64,000 nucleotides of DNA from positions 1 to 64,000 of the forward strand of contig VRVR01000057.1 of the NCBI GenBank assembly GCA_009859145.1. The letters run 5' to 3'. The position numbers and the translations under genes were made by a program. Source of the DNA: Andalucia godoyi And28 (Eukaryota; Protista; Jakobida). The notes under the pieces were generated by a model. That model saw only the letters and a program-made list of their open reading frames with translations, had not been told where the DNA came from and made no database searches. This document shows positions 41,770 to 50,968 of the stretch, one piece after another; the first letter of the stretch is position 1; each line of letters starts with the position of its first letter.

Positions 41770-43301
41770 GTGGAAAGATGGAAGGGGTTGTTCACTACGA
41801 CTTGTTTGTGTCAGGGGCCAAGGTGCGCGGCCAGGGTCCTGTGCTGCATGTGCAGAATCCCGGGACGCTGGAGCTTGCGTACACGTGCAGCACCGCGAGT
41901 AGTGCGGATGTGGAGGCTGCGTTTGCGAGTGCGTCTGCAGCGTATGTGTCTGGGGCATGGTCGAACTCGATGAGTGCTCGGGAGCGTGGACGGGTGCTGT
42001 TCCGGGCGTCAGAGCTGATCCGGGAGCAAGCGGACTTCCTGGCGATGTTGGACTGCGTGTCAACGGGGCGGCCGATTCGGGAGTTGCGGGCGCAGGCGGG
42101 GCGGATTGCAGAGTGGTTCGAGTACTTCGCGGGAGTTCTGCAGGCGCTCGAGGGACAGGTGACGCCGTTTGCGGGACAGTATCTGAACTATGTTCGGCGA
42201 GTGCCGCTAGGTGTTGTGGCGCACTTCACGGCGTTCAACCACCCGTTGCTGCTTGCAGCAAAGAAGCTGGCGCCGGCACTGGCGGCTGGAAATACAGTCG
42301 TGCTCAAGCCGTCGGAACTGGCCCCGGCCTCCACGTACGAGCTTGCGTATCTGCTGAAGAAGGCCGGGTTGCCAGACGGAGTGCTCAACATCGTGAACGG
42401 CGTCGGCGCGGAAACAGGTGCGGCAATGCTCAGGCTGCCGTTTGCAAAGTTTGACATTACGGGTGGCGATGCTGCGGGAAAGCTCGTTGCACAGGCCGCT
42501 GGGAAGTTCCTGGCGCACTGCACTTGCGAACTTGGAGGCTCGGCCCCGGTGCTGGTCTTTGCTGACGCAGACATCGATCAAGCGGTCAATGGCGTCTTGT
42601 TTGGGGCATTCATTGCGTCTGGACAGACGTGCATCGCTGCAAAACGCATCATGGTCGAGCGGTCCATCTACAATGTCTTTGTGCCGAAGCTGGTGGAGAG
42701 GGTCAAGGCAATCCAGCTCGGGGTTCCCACGGATGAGTCGACGCAGATGGGACCCGTTGTGTCTGCGCTGCAGCTTGCCAAGATCGAGTCGGCAGTAAAC
42801 GAGGCAGTAAACGACGGCGCGCAGATTCTGTGCGGTGGCAGGCAAGCCGCAAAAACAGATGCTCTCAAGGGCCACTACTACGAGCCTACCGTGCTTGGAA
42901 ACGTGCGAAAGGAGATGTTCTGCATGCGCGACGAGATCTTCGGTCCGGTCATCTGCGTACATCCCTTTGATTCCGAGCAAGAGGCTCTGGACCTTGCGAA
43001 CAACACACGGTATGGACTCGGTGCTGCCGTCTGGACACTCAACGTCAAGAAGGCGCATCGCGTAGCGCATCGCATCAAGGCTGGCATCGTCTGGATCAAC
43101 TCCCACCACAGAAACGACCCGTCCAGTCCATGGGGCGGTTTCGGAGACTCTGGAATGGGCCGCGAAAACGGCATGGAAGCTCTTCGCGAGTACACGCAGA
43201 CCCAGAGCATTGTTGTCGAGCTTTCCGATGCTCCATTCGACTGGTTCGCAGCCACGGCAACCAAAACGGCATCTGCACACGGCAGCATCCGCTACAACTA
43301 A
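41766..43301 (+). CDS. NAD(P)-dependent aldehyde dehydrogenase
   Basis: PLGVV..FTAFNHP, AAGNTVVLKPSE, catalytic ELGGSAP and GQTCIA, EIFGPV, YGLGAAVW, HHRNDPSSPWGG..SGMGRENG. Confidence 0.96.
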
Positions 43302-43444
43302 TGGATTGCATTATGGTACGTGTACATTTTTTTAATTATTATTCAATAATAATAATAACAAGAACAGCGGGATGGGGTATATGAAAATGAAGTGGGAAGA
43401 CGGATGGATGAACTTTGTAAACGTACATGCATTGTTTTTGGCTT

Positions 43445-44638
43445 TCATTCCTCGGAGAGAACAAGGACAGGCTTGATCGTCTTGCCGGAGAGGGAGTCCT
43501 GGACAGCTTGGTTGATATCACCGAGACCTCCCGTGTAGTACGTGATGATTTTCTCGAATGGGAATCGTCCTTGGGCATGGAGCTCGATGAGACGCGGCAG
43601 AAACACCTTTGAGATCGCATCGCCCTGAATGACGCCTCGGATGGTCCGACCAAGCAAGATTTTATCCATCGGCAGCTGGACCGTAGTCCCCGGTGCAGAG
43701 CCCCCGACAAGCGCACACACGCCCGTAGGTCTCAGGGCTTCGAACGCCGTGCGCAACACCTCGGCATTCCCCGTCGTATCGATCGCATACTCGATTCCCG
43801 CAACACCGCCTGCCGTCGTCGTCGCACCAGACGCGACGCACGCTGCAATCTCGGCGATGACCTGGTCTCGTGATTTGCCGCGCGAGTTGATGACGTGAGT
43901 GCAGCCAAGCTCAGAAGCGAGTGTGAGCCGCGAGTCGTGCAGATCCACCCCAATGATGGTCGTGCATCCCGCAACGACCGCTCCCATCACCGCCGCAAGG
44001 CCCACAGCACCCGTGCCAAACACCGCAATCGACGCCCCTGCCGCCGGCTTCAGCGCATTCAGCACCGCACCCATCCCCGTCTGAAGCCCACAGCCCAGCG
44101 GCGCAAGTCGCTTCAACGGAATCCGAAACCGTTGCAAGTACTCCTTGTTCAGCTTGACGCAGTTCGCCGCGTACACGATCGTCCGAGTCGCGTGCGACGA
44201 CTGCCCGAAAAAGTGCGAGCCAATGCAAGTCCCAGCCCCAGCCCCAGCCCCCGCCTCGCTGGACTGCTCCGACCATGCCTTTTCCACCGTTGCGAAATTT
44301 GCGCGGTGGGCAGTGCAGTATGACGGTTTTCCTGCCAAGCAGTTCACACATGCCCCGCAACTGCCGTACGAAACCATCACCCAGTCCCCTACTTCGAAAC
44401 TACAGCCGCTGTCAGGCCCGCCCACCACCTCGACTACTCCGCATCCTTCGTGGCCCAGCACGCACGGGAAGGGGGTAGGGATGTGCCCATCGCGCACTGC
44501 AACGTCTGTGTGGCACACCCCGGATGCAACAACGCGGATCAAAAGCTCGTTCGCGCGCGGAACCCTCGAAAACGTCAGCTCCGTAAGCCGAAATGGACTG
44601 CCCACAGAATCCACTACTGCCGCTTGAACCGCTGACAT
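43445..44638 (-). CDS. Zn-dependent aryl/benzyl-alcohol dehydrogenase (MDR, XylB/AreB-like)
   Basis: GVCHTD, LGHEG, structural Zn site CGACVNC..GKPSYC, HFFGQSSHAT, PLGCGLQTGMGAV, FGTGAVG, IQGDA, GRFPFEK. Confidence 0.94.
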   Translation of the reverse strand: MSAVQAAVVDSVGSPFRLTELTFSRVPRANELLIRVVASGVCHTDVAVRDGHIPTPFPCVLGHEGCGVVEVVGGPDSGCSFEVGDWVMVSYGSCGACVNCLAGKPSYCTAHRANFATVEKAWSEQSSEAGAGAGAGTCIGSHFFGQSSHATRTIVYAANCVKLNKEYLQRFRIPLKRLAPLGCGLQTGMGAVLNALKPAAGASIAVFGTGAVGLAAVMGAVVAGCTTIIGVDLHDSRLTLASELGCTHVINSRGKSRDQVIAEIAACVASGATTTAGGVAGIEYAIDTTGNAEVLRTAFEALRPTGVCALVGGSAPGTTVQLPMDKILLGRTIRGVIQGDAISKVFLPRLIELHAQGRFPFEKIITYYTGGLGDINQAVQDSLSGKTIKPVLVLSEE

Positions 44639-45014
44639 TTCCGTACTGGATCTCTTTTCTTTTTTCTAGGCGGGGGGTAAAAAACAAGACAAAAAAAACA
44701 ATTAAATTTAATATATATATATGTAACTAATATTTTCCAATCCGAACGCAGCCAGATTCATTGAGAAAAGACATTGGTGCGAGCCAACGGGAAGGGGGTT
44801 TCAGTGGCCTGCGGGGACATTCCCCACTGCAGAAAAGACAAAGCATCAGGTGATGCAACAGTGGGGCTGATGCAAAAAAAACAAGAACTACGACGGACGG
44901 AAATTCGTCGGTTTTTGCGGATTAAAAAAAAGAAGAGCGGTCTGAGAGTGTGGAATAGATCTGGAAGCTTATTCTGTGCACAAAAAAAAAGGCGCTGAGG
45001 AAAAGAAAAGAAAC

Positions 45015-45607
45015 ATGAGAATGATGAGCGAGAGAAGGGGTAGAGGAGAGTCGCTGCAGCTGGTTGTGATTGTGGTGATGGCGCTGGCGCTGGCTGCGGC
45101 TGGACTGCTGGTGGTTCCGAGTGCAAGAGCCGAAGTGCACTTTGACGCGACGTGTGTGCAGGTCAATGAGACGCTGAATGCAACGAAGATGGCGGAGCTG
45201 TACCGGCCAAATGCAATCTTGCTTGCGACAGTCTCGAATGCACCCCGGACACTCAAGCGCTCATCGAGGACTACTTCACCATGTTTCTCAAGAAGGAGCC
45301 GTACGGAATGGTGAACACGCAGTACTTTTATCCGGGCTGCAACACATCCATTGACCTTGGCGTGTACATTTTTGGGCTCATAGATACGACGGCAAGTGCC
45401 ACGACGTCGTTGCGAGGTACACCTATGTCTACACATACGCGGACGGCATGTGGAAAAATCATGCGCCACCACTCGTCGGCAATGCCTGAGATCGAAGCCG
45501 CGCCTACCAGCGCCGACCCCCCTCGTTTCCCGTTCCCCTGCAGTCGCGCACGTGCTCCTCCCATTTCCATCCTCTCCGGCCTCCTTCTCTTGCGAGTGAG
45601 TGAGTGA
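45015..45607 (+). pseudogene. Frameshifted COG4875/CaMKII-AD (iota-carbonic anhydrase-like) secreted protein
   Basis: Signal peptide; LYRPNAILLATVSNAPRT | TQALIEDYFTMFLKKEPYG..GCNTSIDLGVYIF | DVVARYTYVY..DGMWK | IMRHHSSAMPE. Needs frameshifts near 45250, 45383 and 45456. Confidence 0.8.
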
Positions 45608-45758
45608 GCGAGACGAGACGAGAGGCCGATATGATTGCTCGGTTGCTTGTTTTTACTTGTTAAAAAACATGGGGAATTTTTGGTAATACAATACGATGAT
45701 GAACCAAAAGCATAGGTTGGAAAGCCCACATTCTTTTTTATCCTACCTTTTTTTATTC

Positions 45759-46973
45759 TTAGACAATGTTGATTCCAAGGATCTTCTTGGCGTTTCGGTT
45801 GCGGATTGCGCACTGAATGTCGTCGCTCTCGACGGAGTCCATGGCGCGGTAGTTTCGATCGACCGAGTCCCATCGTGGACAAGCACCTTGCTGGTCATGG
45901 CCGCTGTCGACTTGACGGAAGAACGGATGGTCGGTTCCAAACATGATTCGATCGTGAGCGGCAAACTCGATGGCGGTTCGGAGAGCGGCGGGGTGGTATG
46001 CAATGGCGTCGTAGAAGAGGTTTTCGCGGAGATACGCGGAAGGGTCTGTCTTTTTCAGGCGGTTGGGCCCGTGTGCAAGATGAAAGTCGTGGGCGACGCA
46101 CGAGTCGAGACGACCGGCAAGGTACGGCAGACATCCACCGGCATGGGCTGCGAGGATGCGGAGATTCGGGAAGCGATCGTAGACGCCGGAAAGGACGATC
46201 TTGGCGACGGCCGCCGTTGTTTCGAATGGAAATCCGAGGGCGAGGAGCAGCGCATGGCCGTACTGGGTGCCGAGCTGCTCCGGCGCCCCAAGACCGTAGT
46301 GCGGATGGAGAAACAGCATCAAGCCCGTGTCCTCGGCTGCCTTGTACAGCTCGTCCCGCGCCGGGTCGTCCACATTCGTCGAACCGATGATCACGCCCTT
46401 CAGATTCGGGCAGTGTGCGGCAATGCGGTGCAGCTCGGCGGCGGCGTGTGTCGCGTGGTCCGGCAGTCCAAGAGGAAGCATGCCAAATCCCGAAAACCGC
46501 GTCGGGTGCTCCGCGCACATCGCTTGTAAATCATCGTTCAGCACGCGACAAAAGTCGACAGCACTGCACGCCTGCTGCGAAACCCCGTCGTGCAGCCATC
46601 CCCCTGTCGTCAGCGTTGATCCCGGCTCGACATTTGTCGACAGGAAGTCCAACCATGGATTTGCAGTCGACAGCACCGAGTGGGCAATGTGGTGCGTGTC
46701 CATAAACGAGAGCTTGTACGACGGGTCCCAGAACTCGGGACCCACGGGTCGCCCGCTTCCTGTCGTCGCACCCGCCTCTTCATGCGGCAAAATCAGCAGC
46801 CGCTCCACCGCATCTCCACTGGCACTATTCGCACGAAATAGACGCGGCACGCTCGCCCGGCTTCGCAGAAGCGACACATATCGCGGAAGATACACGTGCG
46901 AATGGACATCCACACTCCAGCTCGAGTACCCATCCGTTGACTCGCTCTGTACACGCTCCGACAACTTTGCCAT
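45759..46973 (-). CDS. Amidohydrolase-2 decarboxylase, uracil-5-carboxylate (isoorotate) decarboxylase-like
   Basis: VDVHSH, GRPVGPEFWD, STANPWLDF, LFLHPHYGL, LALGFPFETT, AHAGG.LPYLAGR, MFGTDHPFF; same motif set as fungal IDCase. Confidence 0.85.
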   Translation of the reverse strand: MAKLSERVQSESTDGYSSWSVDVHSHVYLPRYVSLLRSRASVPRLFRANSASGDAVERLLILPHEEAGATTGSGRPVGPEFWDPSYKLSFMDTHHIAHSVLSTANPWLDFLSTNVEPGSTLTTGGWLHDGVSQQACSAVDFCRVLNDDLQAMCAEHPTRFSGFGMLPLGLPDHATHAAAELHRIAAHCPNLKGVIIGSTNVDDPARDELYKAAEDTGLMLFLHPHYGLGAPEQLGTQYGHALLLALGFPFETTAAVAKIVLSGVYDRFPNLRILAAHAGGCLPYLAGRLDSCVAHDFHLAHGPNRLKKTDPSAYLRENLFYDAIAYHPAALRTAIEFAAHDRIMFGTDHPFFRQVDSGHDQQGACPRWDSVDRNYRAMDSVESDDIQCAIRNRNAKKILGINIV

Positions 46974-47312
46974 CTTCTTCTCTTTTCTTCTTTTCTCCTC
47001 TGTTTTTTTTTTCTTTTTACTTGAATATATATATATATATATATACAGTTTTTCATTGCATGAAGCTGATGTCTTCCGTCTTCTTTTGCGGTCGGTCCGA
47101 ACTGACCGCAATTGCATGCTTGTGATTGCACGATACGCCTCGGGGGAAAACGGTTCTTTCGGGCATTAAAATTGGGGAAATTGTCCGCCTGTGCATTTTC
47201 CTTTGCTCGATTTGCTGTTGCGTTTCTTATTATGTATTTGTTGCTTTAGATTTTTTCAATTTTTTGGTGGTGTGCTGAGTGTATCTTTTATATTTATTGC
47301 GTAGCGTTGAGA

Positions 47313-49376
47313 ATGGGAAAAGCAAAGGAGAAGGGAACGGCGGCGAAAGCAGTGGGAGGAAGGAAAGGACGAGGAGGAGGAGGAGGAGGAGAAGGAGGAG
47401 GAGGACTGCGACTGTCGACGCAGCTTGAGAAGAGCACTAGGAACTCGAATGGCAAATGGATGTGTCCTGGGTTGCTTGTTCCGCTGACGGAGCATTGGCG
47501 GTCGGCACCCATCTACCATCTTCGCCCGTCTGAGCTGCTGCATATTCTGACCCACTACCCCGTCCAAGGCCCGTGCATCCTCGCATCCGACCCTGCGTAC
47601 CTTGCGTTTCTGCGGGACCAGTTCCAGTCATCTGCATCGCCGACATCGACGACATCAACGTCGACATCGACGGCAGAGGTCGCAGATCTACACACGTTTC
47701 TCGCATACTCGCTGCCGCACCCGTCCCTCGCGCCACTTCACCCGCTTTTGGACCCCGCCAAAATTGATTCCGCCAAAATACTCGCTCCGTCTGTCTTTTT
47801 CCATCTCTGGAAGCACTCATTTTCATCCCCGTCGTCATTGTCATCGTCGTCGTCGTTGCGGAGCGCACCTGCACGATTTCCCCATGTTGCCGCCTTTTTC
47901 TGTTCTGCACAATTCCTTTCATCCTACCCAAGCAACGACCGTAGGGACGCTGCGCATGATGATCACCAAGAAGATGGGGAACGGGATGAGGACGAGGACG
48001 AGGACGAGGAGATGCGGACGAGGAGGATGGAGCGGGACCGGGAAGAGCAGGCGGTGGCGGGGATGCTGGGCGAGGCACATGTGCTGTATTCGTGGGCGGG
48101 AGATCGTCGGACATATCGAGCGTTTTGGGACATGTTGACGCGACGAATGTCGTGCGAGGAGCACCCTTCCTGTTTCGGGAAATCCGCGATTGCCCGCAGC
48201 GCCATTGCCCACGATCCCGAGCTCGTGCGCGAGTGGGCACGGACGCTGGGCACCCAGCGGCGCATCGCTCGCATCCGAGACCTCTTGGCTGACGTCGTTC
48301 CGCTTCACTTCTGGTCGGCGGACGTCGATTCCAGTCCGGGCAACGAGGACAGCGCGGGACACGGCGCGAGTGATGAACGAGAGCAGCAAAGACAGCACCA
48401 AAGGGAGAGTGTTCAGGAGCGGAGGGATGAGGAATGGGACTACGTGCACATTGACCGAAACGTGGGAAGCGGGGCAAGTGGACTGCTACCCCACCACAAA
48501 AGCACAAAGAGGAGTGGCGGCGGATCTGATGGTGGAGCTTCCTGCTCGTGTGTAATGCTGCGTAATGCTCCGTCGTCTGTGACGGTCGTCAACTGCCTCG
48601 CTTGTGAGAACCGTGCCTTGATGCTCGAGTGTGATGTGCATTCTCATGGGTATGGTGGGTGGTGTGGGAATCAGAGGCTGCGGCGTGGCGAGTATGCCCG
48701 GATGGAGCTGTTTCGAACGGAGGACGGACGAGGGGTTGGGGTTCGGGCTGCGGGGTGCGTGCAGACTGGGCAGCTTGTGGTGGAGTACTGCGGCGTCGTG
48801 AGGACGCGGAGTGCGTATGAGCGAGATCTGGGTCGGTACCGAAAGATGGGGAAGCTGCAGTACGCGATGGATCTGGACGCCACGCACGTAATCGATGCAA
48901 CCGAAAAGGGCAATTGGGGCCGATTTCTGAACCATTCGTGCGCTCCGAACTGCAAGACGCAAATCTGGACTGTCGATGGCCAGCCGCGCGTCGGCATCTA
49001 CGCGATCCGCGATATTCCAACAGGAGAGGAGCTCACATATGACTATCGCTTCGAATGGTTCTCAAAGGACGGCGTCGAATCGTGCAGATGCGGAGCCCCG
49101 AATTGCCGAGGCATCATTGGAACCATCCGAAACCACGCAGCCTCTGGCGTATCACTCGCCTCTCCGTCTCTGGCGGAAACATCGAAAAATGCGTCTCAGT
49201 CGAAGAACAAGAACAAGAACAAGAACAAGAACAAGGTCAAGGACAGGGACATGGACAAGGACAAGGACAAGAAGGGCGCAGCGGGAGCGCAGATCAAGGT
49301 CGATGCTTTTTTCAGAGCCGCAAGAAAATCACCATCATCGTCATCCACGACCATCAACCGCACAAAGTCTGCGTGA
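47313..49376 (+). CDS. AWS-SET-postSET histone lysine methyltransferase (SETD2/ASH1/NSD-like)
   Basis: C..R...EC...CGNQR, GRGVGV, VVEYCG, IDATEKGNWGRFLNHSCAPNC, GEELTYDYRF, CRCGAPNCRG. Confidence 0.9.
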   Translation: MGKAKEKGTAAKAVGGRKGRGGGGGGEGGGGLRLSTQLEKSTRNSNGKWMCPGLLVPLTEHWRSAPIYHLRPSELLHILTHYPVQGPCILASDPAYLAFLRDQFQSSASPTSTTSTSTSTAEVADLHTFLAYSLPHPSLAPLHPLLDPAKIDSAKILAPSVFFHLWKHSFSSPSSLSSSSSLRSAPARFPHVAAFFCSAQFLSSYPSNDRRDAAHDDHQEDGERDEDEDEDEEMRTRRMERDREEQAVAGMLGEAHVLYSWAGDRRTYRAFWDMLTRRMSCEEHPSCFGKSAIARSAIAHDPELVREWARTLGTQRRIARIRDLLADVVPLHFWSADVDSSPGNEDSAGHGASDEREQQRQHQRESVQERRDEEWDYVHIDRNVGSGASGLLPHHKSTKRSGGGSDGGASCSCVMLRNAPSSVTVVNCLACENRALMLECDVHSHGYGGWCGNQRLRRGEYARMELFRTEDGRGVGVRAAGCVQTGQLVVEYCGVVRTRSAYERDLGRYRKMGKLQYAMDLDATHVIDATEKGNWGRFLNHSCAPNCKTQIWTVDGQPRVGIYAIRDIPTGEELTYDYRFEWFSKDGVESCRCGAPNCRGIIGTIRNHAASGVSLASPSLAETSKNASQSKNKNKNKNKNKVKDRDMDKDKDKKGAAGAQIKVDAFFRAARKSPSSSSTTINRTKSA

Positions 49377-49513
49377 CGCCCATCATGACTTGTCGTTTAG
49401 CGGACACGAACACCGCAAGCAGATCGATCAAGATGAAGAAATTAGAACGTATAATTTATTGCTCACCTTCGCTCACTTACTCTCTCACCCATTCACTCGC
49501 TTCCAGTGCAGGC

Positions 49514-50446
49514 TTACATGCGTATCGGTATCGCCTCCAATGCTTCCGAGAGCTGGGCGTACAGGTGGTCATACTCTACAAAAACCGGGACAGCACGATT
49601 TAGCACTCTTTGCACTCGGCTGTCCATCGCTGCAATCCGAGCCCTGTGCATCTCTACTCGTCTACCCAAAAGATCCACAATCCGGTCCATCCACGCCTCT
49701 TCATCATCGCCGACACCACTACCGGCCCTCACATTGACACCTTCATGACTGGAATGACACAGCGACGCGTCTTCAGCCCTATCGTCCAGCTCATCTTCTA
49801 AAAATCGAACGGAAAAGTCATTCTTGAAGTGCGGTTCTCCGACCTTCTGGTCGGGCAACCTCGCTCCTCCGTCGGTGCTGATGCCACCGCCGCTGCCACT
49901 GCCACTGATGAGGGATCGCGAGAAGGAGGACAGTGCGTCCAGTCCGGAATAAGCAATGCGATGGGCCATGTGAGACTGGAGCGCATTTGGAATCCATCCG
50001 CCCCACTGGACATCGATCGCACAAACCACCGTTGTAGGAAAAATGACCCATCCCGAAACGCCCCACCACATCTCCACCGCCGCCGCATCACCAGACCCAG
50101 CGGCCGTAGTTGAAGGCAACGGCGTCACTGGCGACGAGGAAAACGCGACAACCAGACAGTCCGGTCGCAGATGCACATCGCGGAGCACCCGGCACGTACG
50201 CGTCGCAAGAAGCGGAATCCGCGCCGTGCGCCACTCCTCAAGAGGCGGTCTACAGCCGTTAGCAGGTTTCTTTTCGAACGGATACGGAACGAACTCGGAT
50301 TGCAAGTACGCGCACAAGGCGCTGGACGACACATCTACGGGCGCGCGCAGATAGAGGGTGTCAAACACAGGGCATCGGGAACACAGCCCACTCGGACTGC
50401 GCCGGTCCATGCATATTGCATACAGCACATCGCTCAATCGAGTCAT
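49514..50446 (-). CDS. START/SRPBCC-like lipid-binding domain protein
   Basis: RIPLLATRTCRV..., SGWVIFP, IDVQWGGWIP (START-like DxxGWIP); C-terminal coil. Weak similarity. Confidence 0.5.
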   Translation of the reverse strand: MTRLSDVLYAICMDRRSPSGLCSRCPVFDTLYLRAPVDVSSSALCAYLQSEFVPYPFEKKPANGCRPPLEEWRTARIPLLATRTCRVLRDVHLRPDCLVVAFSSSPVTPLPSTTAAGSGDAAAVEMWWGVSGWVIFPTTVVCAIDVQWGGWIPNALQSHMAHRIAYSGLDALSSFSRSLISGSGSGGGISTDGGARLPDQKVGEPHFKNDFSVRFLEDELDDRAEDASLCHSSHEGVNVRAGSGVGDDEEAWMDRIVDLLGRRVEMHRARIAAMDSRVQRVLNRAVPVFVEYDHLYAQLSEALEAIPIRM

Positions 50447-50687
50447 CGCGTCCACACGGTCCTAACGAAATCAACCCTCACTACTGTCCAACCAGCCCCC
50501 ACATACACTACGGTTCAGACTGCGGATACTCCAAGCAAAATAGAAACCGCAACGATGATCAAAAAAGGCCTGGCAAAGCGGGCGACTGTCAAGTTCTCAA
50601 GTCTCAAGTCTCGACAAGCAAAAAAAGAATGCCAAAAAAAAAGAGGACAGGAAGATTGGGAGGGAAAAAAAGGATGCCGAAAGCATT

Positions 50688-50760
50688 TGTTCCCGCCCGG
50701 ACTCGAACCGAGGACCTTCTCCGTGTCAAGGAGACGAAATACCAACTATTCTACGGGAAC
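50688..50760 (-). tRNA. trnV-GAC: tRNA-Val (anticodon GAC)
   Basis: GTTCCCG/CGGGAAC acceptor stem + A73; D loop AGTTGGTA; anticodon stem TCTCC/GGAGA with loop TT-GAC-AC; T arm CTCGG-TTCGAGT-CCGGG; T7 Pol III terminator about 16 nt downstream. Confidence 0.95.
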
Positions 50761-50968
50761 TTGTTCGAGGATTTACCATCTTCTCACTGTATTTGTTCCA
50801 TTGAAAAAAAACTGCGGAAAGAAAAATCACCAAATCCCTACAGCGGCCGTTTCTCCCCGCTTTCTCATCCGTCGCCGCCCCCAGCAAGCAAGCAAAGGGA
50901 GTTCTTTTTTATTTTTTACTGCTTACGTCCAAGGACAGAAGGAAATGGCAATCTGTATGTATAGGATC

